DNA from: an uncultured bacterium
GTDB taxonomy: Bacteria > Bacteroidota > Bacteroidia > J057 > JADKCL01
Direction: 5' to 3'
DNA: 64,000 nucleotides
Assembly: GCA_963923035.1 (NCBI GenBank)
Contig: CAWUKT010000031.1
Location: forward strand, 119 to 64,118
In this document: positions 58,886 to 64,000 of the stretch, piece by piece
Layout: the number at the start of each line of letters is the position of its first letter
Numbering within the stretch: position 1 is the first letter of the stretch
The notes under the pieces: model-generated
What the model saw: the letters and a program-made list of their open reading frames with translations, nothing else
Told to the model about the DNA's origin: nothing
The model's database searches: none
Made by a program: the position numbers and the translations under genes

Positions 58886-60358
58886 ATGAGTTCCCCCGCC
58901 GAATTCGATGTATTGGTCCTGGGCGCTGGTCCAGCCGGAAATTGCGTCGCCCTGCGTCTGTTGATGCTGGGACATTCTGTGGCGTTGGTGGAATCTCAGG
59001 CTTTTCCCCGTCCCCACGTCGGAGAATCCCTTTCCCCCGGAGTATGGAAACTTTTCCAATACATGGATGCGATCCCCCTGCTCCAAAACCAGACCTATAT
59101 CCAGGGTTTGGGGGCCAAGGTGATCTGGGAAGACCATTCGATGCGGGACCTCAGGCCGGAGGATCGGGGACCCGGTGTTTTGGTCAACCGTTCCAAGCTG
59201 GACAAGGACATGCTGGAGTTGGGACAAAAAAGGGGGCTGAAGGTCTGGCAACCGGCCCGGGCGGAAGGAATGGAGTGGAAGGGAAATGAATGGGTGGTCC
59301 AGGTGCATCAGGAAGGAGAGCGGCACGAGGTTCGTGCCCGTTTCGTCGTAGACGCCACCGGTTCCAATCACCCGCAGGATTCCCAACTCATGGGCCTGGC
59401 CCCTTCCATGGTGGCCATCTGGGCCGACCTGCTCCTCGATCCGGGTTTCCGGGAGAACCGGGTAGAAGCCCGCCCCGAAGGCTGGCTGTGGGGGAGTCCC
59501 CTCTTGGGAGGGCGGACCCGCCAAATGGCCTTGACCGACCCGTCTGCCCTGCAGCAGCAACCCCCGGCCCAAGTGCTGGCCGGCATGCTGCGGAAAAGCC
59601 AACTGTTCCGGTCGACGACCCTGCCCGCCTACGCGGTCCAAACGACGCCGGTCCACATCTACGCCCATACGAGCCCCTGGAAAGACAACTACGTTCGGAT
59701 TGGAACGGCGGTCCTGTCACTGGACCCCCTTTCCGCGACCGGCGTGGAAAAGGCCCTGCGCCAAGCCATGCAGGCCGCCATCGCCATCCATACCGTCCTC
59801 ATTGGAGGAGACGGGGACATGGCCCAGGAATACTTTGAAGACCGCTTGGTGGAAGCGGCGGTCTCCCATACCGGCTGGGGCCGGAACTATTACGGAATCG
59901 CTTGGCCGGGACAGGAGAAGACCTTTTACCGCGATCGGGCGGCCTATTTCTCCGATTCCTCTGCCCCCTCCACGCCTTTTTCCCAGCTCCTCCAGGAAAA
60001 CCTGAAGTCGAGCTATGAATCACCGGGGCCCATCCCGCTGGAACCGGTCGACATCAACCAAGCCCTCGCCGAACTCTGGGGCAAGTCCATCGGATTGTCC
60101 CCGCAGACCCTGCTGCTGGAGACGCCCTGCGTGAAAGACGATCGATTGGTGCGGCGAACCGTCCTGTCCCACCCGGGATTGGACCGGAAATTTGCATTTT
60201 TGGGCGAAATTGAGGTGATTCCCCTGATCGAAAAGGTCTCTCCGGCGGCTACGCTGGGAGAATTGGTTCAGGCCTGGAGCAAAGACATTCCCTTCGAGAT
60301 GGCCTCCAAAGTGGCCATTTGGCTCTGGCAAAAGGACATTTTGCAAGAAACTTCCTGA
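58886..60358 (+). CDS. FAD-dependent oxidoreductase (halogenase/LodB-like fold) with C-terminal extension
   Basis: LGAGPAG, FPRPHVGESL, VDATG, GWLW, DPLSATGV; TATCTTTG promoter element at 58832-58839. Confidence 0.8.
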   Translation: MSSPAEFDVLVLGAGPAGNCVALRLLMLGHSVALVESQAFPRPHVGESLSPGVWKLFQYMDAIPLLQNQTYIQGLGAKVIWEDHSMRDLRPEDRGPGVLVNRSKLDKDMLELGQKRGLKVWQPARAEGMEWKGNEWVVQVHQEGERHEVRARFVVDATGSNHPQDSQLMGLAPSMVAIWADLLLDPGFRENRVEARPEGWLWGSPLLGGRTRQMALTDPSALQQQPPAQVLAGMLRKSQLFRSTTLPAYAVQTTPVHIYAHTSPWKDNYVRIGTAVLSLDPLSATGVEKALRQAMQAAIAIHTVLIGGDGDMAQEYFEDRLVEAAVSHTGWGRNYYGIAWPGQEKTFYRDRAAYFSDSSAPSTPFSQLLQENLKSSYESPGPIPLEPVDINQALAELWGKSIGLSPQTLLLETPCVKDDRLVRRTVLSHPGLDRKFAFLGEIEVIPLIEKVSPAATLGELVQAWSKDIPFEMASKVAIWLWQKDILQETS

Positions 60359-61468
60359 TTACATGAATCCGTAGCGCTGACGGAGGCGCTCGACGATCCG
60401 CTGGGTGGATTTTCCATCCCAGTAGGGCGGAATTTCGCCTTGTTTGAAGGTGCCCGCCTCGATCTCATTGATATGAAGTTCAATCTTCGGCAGGTCAAAA
60501 TCGAGCAGGATATTGGTGCCGAGGGTGATCGTGCTGGGGCGCTCCGTGTTCGGGCGGATGGTGAGGCAGGGAACCTGACGGAAAGTGGTTTCCTCCTGGA
60601 TGCCGCCGGAGTCGGTCACGACGACCTTGGATTTGGCGATGAGCTTTTGGAAGCTCAGGTAGTCCATGGGGCCGGATTGAACGAGGTTCGGAATGGCATT
60701 GAATTCGTCGATCAGGCCAAATTGTTCCAGGCGCTTGCGGGTCCGGGGGTGGACCGGGAAAACGACGGGAAATTTTCCGCCAATGAAGGTGATCATCTGG
60801 ATCATCTTCCGCAATTGGTCTTCGAAATCGACGTTGCGGGGGCGGTGCATGGTGAGGAGGGCATATTCGCCTTCCGAGACGCCGAGGTCTTCCAGGACGG
60901 GAGCCGCTTCGATGTCGGGGGTAAAGGCGACGAGGGCATCGATCATGGTATTGCCCACAAACTCGATGGCGCCGTCTCCGTGGCCGTCGGCGTGGAGGTT
61001 GTCGAGGCCGGATTGCTCAGTGACGAAGAAGATGTCCGTGATGCGGTCGGTGAGGAGGCGGTTGATCTCCTCGGGCATGGCGAGGTCATTGCTGCGGAGG
61101 CCACTCTCGAGATGGGCGATGGGCACGCCCATCTTGTTCGCGGTGATGGCCGCCGCAAAGGTCGAGTTCACGTCGCCGACCACAAAAATGAGGTCCGGTC
61201 GCCACTCGTTCATGACTTCGGTGAGCTGGACCATGATCTGGCCCATTTGGACGGACGGCTGTCCGGCCCCGATGCCGAGGTAATAATCGGGTTCGCGGAG
61301 TTGCAGCTGTTCGAAGAAGACCTTGGACATGGCCCGGTCGTAGTGCTGGCCGGTGTGCAGGAGCCTGAACTCGAACTCATTCGGGTACTTGGCAAATTCC
61401 TTCTCGAACTGGGTGATCTTGATGAAGTTGGGTCGGGTTCCGACCACTGTGAGGATCTTTTTCTGCAT
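60359..61468 (-). CDS. wecB: UDP-N-acetylglucosamine 2-epimerase (non-hydrolysing)
   Basis: VGTRPNFIK, HTGQHYD, GDVNST, HLESGLRS, MPEEINR, TDSGGIQEE, TERP. Confidence 0.95.
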   Translation of the reverse strand: MQKKILTVVGTRPNFIKITQFEKEFAKYPNEFEFRLLHTGQHYDRAMSKVFFEQLQLREPDYYLGIGAGQPSVQMGQIMVQLTEVMNEWRPDLIFVVGDVNSTFAAAITANKMGVPIAHLESGLRSNDLAMPEEINRLLTDRITDIFFVTEQSGLDNLHADGHGDGAIEFVGNTMIDALVAFTPDIEAAPVLEDLGVSEGEYALLTMHRPRNVDFEDQLRKMIQMITFIGGKFPVVFPVHPRTRKRLEQFGLIDEFNAIPNLVQSGPMDYLSFQKLIAKSKVVVTDSGGIQEETTFRQVPCLTIRPNTERPSTITLGTNILLDFDLPKIELHINEIEAGTFKQGEIPPYWDGKSTQRIVERLRQRYGFM

Positions 61469-61566
61469 GGTTCTCCGTCGTTTTCGCCGAATTTAAAACA
61501 AATGGTTGGGAAGGCCACATGCACGGGCCTTCCCAAGGAGATTTTGCAATTATTTAATGAATGGGC

Positions 61567-61656
61567 AGGTGGGCGGTCCCGGCGCTTCCGCGCCGGGCGG
61601 TCCCTCCGGCAGTCGCTCCGCTCACGCAGGAGCTCCACAATCGCCTCCGACACCTA
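61567..61656. other. GC-rich multi-hairpin intergenic element (candidate REP-like repeat or ncRNA)
   Basis: CCCGGCGC-TTCC-GCGCCGGG hairpin; GGGCGGTCCC twice; GCTCC...GGAGC hairpin. Confidence 0.35.
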
Positions 61657-61807
61657 CTAAATAAAAAATCACCCAACAGTCACACCGTCCGCCACTGGCA
61701 GTATGGCACGGTTTTTCCATGATTCTCACTGTAAAATTTGCTGTCGATTGTTATCGTAAATGCAGTCCACGGCAAGTAAATGGTTAGAAATAAGCTAGAA
61801 TTACATT

Positions 61808-62515
61808 ATGGAAAAACCTACGAAAATGAAGCAGAATGTAGACCGGATGTTGGCCCGATTGGAAGGGCGAACTATCCATGATCCACTGGTGAAGATGGTT
61901 CTGAAAGAGGTCTCGGAAATGTATGGGAGTGTTGAAAATCCGGACTTTGAAATGGACTATCTGGAGAGCCCGATGGAGTTCAAATATCGGGTCCATTTTT
62001 CGACCTCACTCTTCTACCAATACTACGCTACGATGCTGGCTCAGATTTGCCGGAACATTGGAGTGGATGCCTTTCGGAGGAAGCTGGAAGAGGCGGTCAG
62101 GTTGAGGGGGATTGTGGCGGAATTGAATGACGGGGAAATTGCCGCGCTCCTGTTTGCTGAACTTTGGGAGACGGAGGTGCCCTATGAAGTCGGGATTCAG
62201 ATTGCGGGGGTGAATTATCCCGAAGCTGAATTGAGGGAGTTAGAGGATAAACTGAGCGAGGAATTCAGGTTCGACTTTTCCCAGACCTATGAATATGGCG
62301 ATCCCGATTTCATTCAGGAACTGGTATCGAAGATTAAGACGGCCTTCAAGGAGGGCAATCCCGAAGTCTTCCAGCCCCAATTTCGGGTGGTGATGTTCAA
62401 GCGAATCTTGGATCGGAACTATCCCGACCTGTTTTACCGGTGGATTGTGATCGGTCACAAGCCAAAGTTCAAGGGCATTGTCCCATTTTCTGATTACCTC
62501 TTCGGCGATTACTAA
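61808..62515 (+). CDS. Hypothetical protein (acidic, helical)
   Basis: 235 aa ORF with A-rich leader; no motif recognised. Confidence 0.65.
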   Translation: MEKPTKMKQNVDRMLARLEGRTIHDPLVKMVLKEVSEMYGSVENPDFEMDYLESPMEFKYRVHFSTSLFYQYYATMLAQICRNIGVDAFRRKLEEAVRLRGIVAELNDGEIAALLFAELWETEVPYEVGIQIAGVNYPEAELRELEDKLSEEFRFDFSQTYEYGDPDFIQELVSKIKTAFKEGNPEVFQPQFRVVMFKRILDRNYPDLFYRWIVIGHKPKFKGIVPFSDYLFGDY

Positions 62516-62613
62516 ACAAACCTAGATCCAACAACGGCAATGGCTCTTTCTAAAACCTGCATTCGCAGGACAGGATTTCCATTGCCCTTTTTCCCACCCC
62601 AAACCCATTAAAT

Positions 62614-64000
62614 ATGACCTCTCAAGCAAGGAATTACGGAAAATCCCACAACGTGGGGTTTCATTTCGACAACTATCCGAACAAAAAGAAGGAGGGCCGC
62701 GTGAAGATTTCGCTGGTCGTCAACCTCACCGGCAAGAAGGAATATTACCCTATTCTCCCCGCGCCTTTCATGTTCCGCAAGTACTGGAAGGAAGCCGTCG
62801 ACGCGGAAACGGGGCAAAAGCTCGGCCACAATTTTATCCAGTCCAGAGGAAACCGCGACTACGAATCGATTTTCCCGGTCATTGCGGAGGCGAAATCGGA
62901 GATGGAAGCATTGATTCGGAAGCTGTTGCGGAAAAAAGAAGCTCTCACCCATACGACTTTGCGGCGGCGCTGGAACCGGGAAAGTGATCTGCTCGGTGAC
63001 TATTTGGAAATGTACATCGACAAACAGGTCCCGCAGCGGAAGTGTTCCACCCATCGAAACTATTTGCAGATGCTGGAGAAAGTGAGGCTGTATGACCCGG
63101 AGTTGAAATTGGCGGAGGTTTCGTGGGAATGGTTTCAGGAATTTCAGTCGTGGTTGGTGAACGATTTCCAGAGCCCGCGCAAAAAGGAACGGGGCATGGA
63201 GGAAACGACCGTGGCGAAATACCTGCACCAGTTGGGGAAGATTTTCCGGTGGGCCAAGACGCAGGGCGATATTGAGGAAGACCCTTATTATCACTTCAAG
63301 GGGTTGCCGAACAATGTAAAATGCCGTCGCCCCCGCCCCAATCCGCTGACGATGGCCGAGGTGCTTCGGTTGGATGAAGCCTACCACAATGAAGAACTGA
63401 TGAATTGCACCCTGACCTCGCGCAAGGGGCGGCAATATTCAGTGGGCGATAGCTGGCACCGCTACCTCCAGATGATCATGGTGTCGCTTTATTCGGGCGT
63501 TCGCTATTCGGACCTTAAACGGTTCGGTGATCCCCGCAATTTTAAGATTGTGGAGAATCCGACCGGAACGCGCATCCATTTCAAGATGCAGAAGAGTCAA
63601 CGGGACCACGCTATTTTGATCACAGAGCGCCTTCGTTCGGTGATGACAGAACGTAAGGATGGCGGGATATTGATGGGCAAAGTCGCCTCCAATGCTACCC
63701 TGAATCTGAAACTCAAAGCGATTCTGGCGCATTTGGGATTGGACCCCGACCACAAATGGCACGATCTACGGGCGACTTTTGCCAACCTGATCCGTGACCT
63801 GTCCGAAGATGAATTTGGCGCGTCGAAGGCTTTGGGGCATTCGAAACTGGCCACGACCCAGGCCCATTACTTTGACAGTTCCAATCCTCAAGCCGACAAG
63901 GCTGTCGCAGCCCTGGACAAGTTGGGCAAAACCGATCCCAACCGACCGGACCCGGACGAAGTAATTTATGAATTGCAACTGCTGAAGATGCTGAATCCGG
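62614..64000 (+). CDS. Tyrosine recombinase/integrase, truncated by the window end
   Basis: Manual translation from ATG 62614, open to 64000; SAM-like TTVAKYLHQLGKIFRWA; catalytic SGVRYSD, MQKS, HDLR, LGHS, TTQAHY (Tyr at 63868). Confidence 0.93.
   Translation, partial: MTSQARNYGKSHNVGFHFDNYPNKKKEGRVKISLVVNLTGKKEYYPILPAPFMFRKYWKEAVDAETGQKLGHNFIQSRGNRDYESIFPVIAEAKSEMEALIRKLLRKKEALTHTTLRRRWNRESDLLGDYLEMYIDKQVPQRKCSTHRNYLQMLEKVRLYDPELKLAEVSWEWFQEFQSWLVNDFQSPRKKERGMEETTVAKYLHQLGKIFRWAKTQGDIEEDPYYHFKGLPNNVKCRRPRPNPLTMAEVLRLDEAYHNEELMNCTLTSRKGRQYSVGDSWHRYLQMIMVSLYSGVRYSDLKRFGDPRNFKIVENPTGTRIHFKMQKSQRDHAILITERLRSVMTERKDGGILMGKVASNATLNLKLKAILAHLGLDPDHKWHDLRATFANLIRDLSEDEFGASKALGHSKLATTQAHYFDSSNPQADKAVAALDKLGKTDPNRPDPDEVIYELQLLKMLNP

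Noticed and set aside
62608-63978. Minus-strand ORFs listed at the right end
   Set aside because: They are antisense to the integrase, which carries all catalytic motifs on the plus strand.

Overview
A 64-kb stretch of a fairly GC-rich Bacteroidota chromosome, identified from T9SS cargo proteins, gldB, a PorE-like OmpA lipoprotein, TAnnTTTG promoters and a split transketolase. It is mostly housekeeping and envelope genes: recX, queE, folD, lepA, gcvT, comB, rlmI, proS, htpG, folE, queD, tkt and wecB. It also holds five T9SS-secreted proteins and an acetate-uptake locus (porin, DUF4212, actP-like symporter, SSS-histidine kinase with a 1-nt frameshift, receiver-only regulator, acs). A tyrosine integrase runs off the right end; the ORF track missed it. 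No rRNA, tRNA or CRISPR array was seen. The two best candidates for undescribed systems are (1) a 7TM plus putative winged-helix one-component regulator whose 3' end carries a helically phased CTGAA repeat array upstream of a POT peptide transporter, and (2) an apparently domesticated IS1 InsA-like Zn-ribbon/HTH protein heading the acetate operon, with related promoter/operator motifs on both sides and no canonical start codon. All family assignments come from motif recognition by eye; no searches were run.
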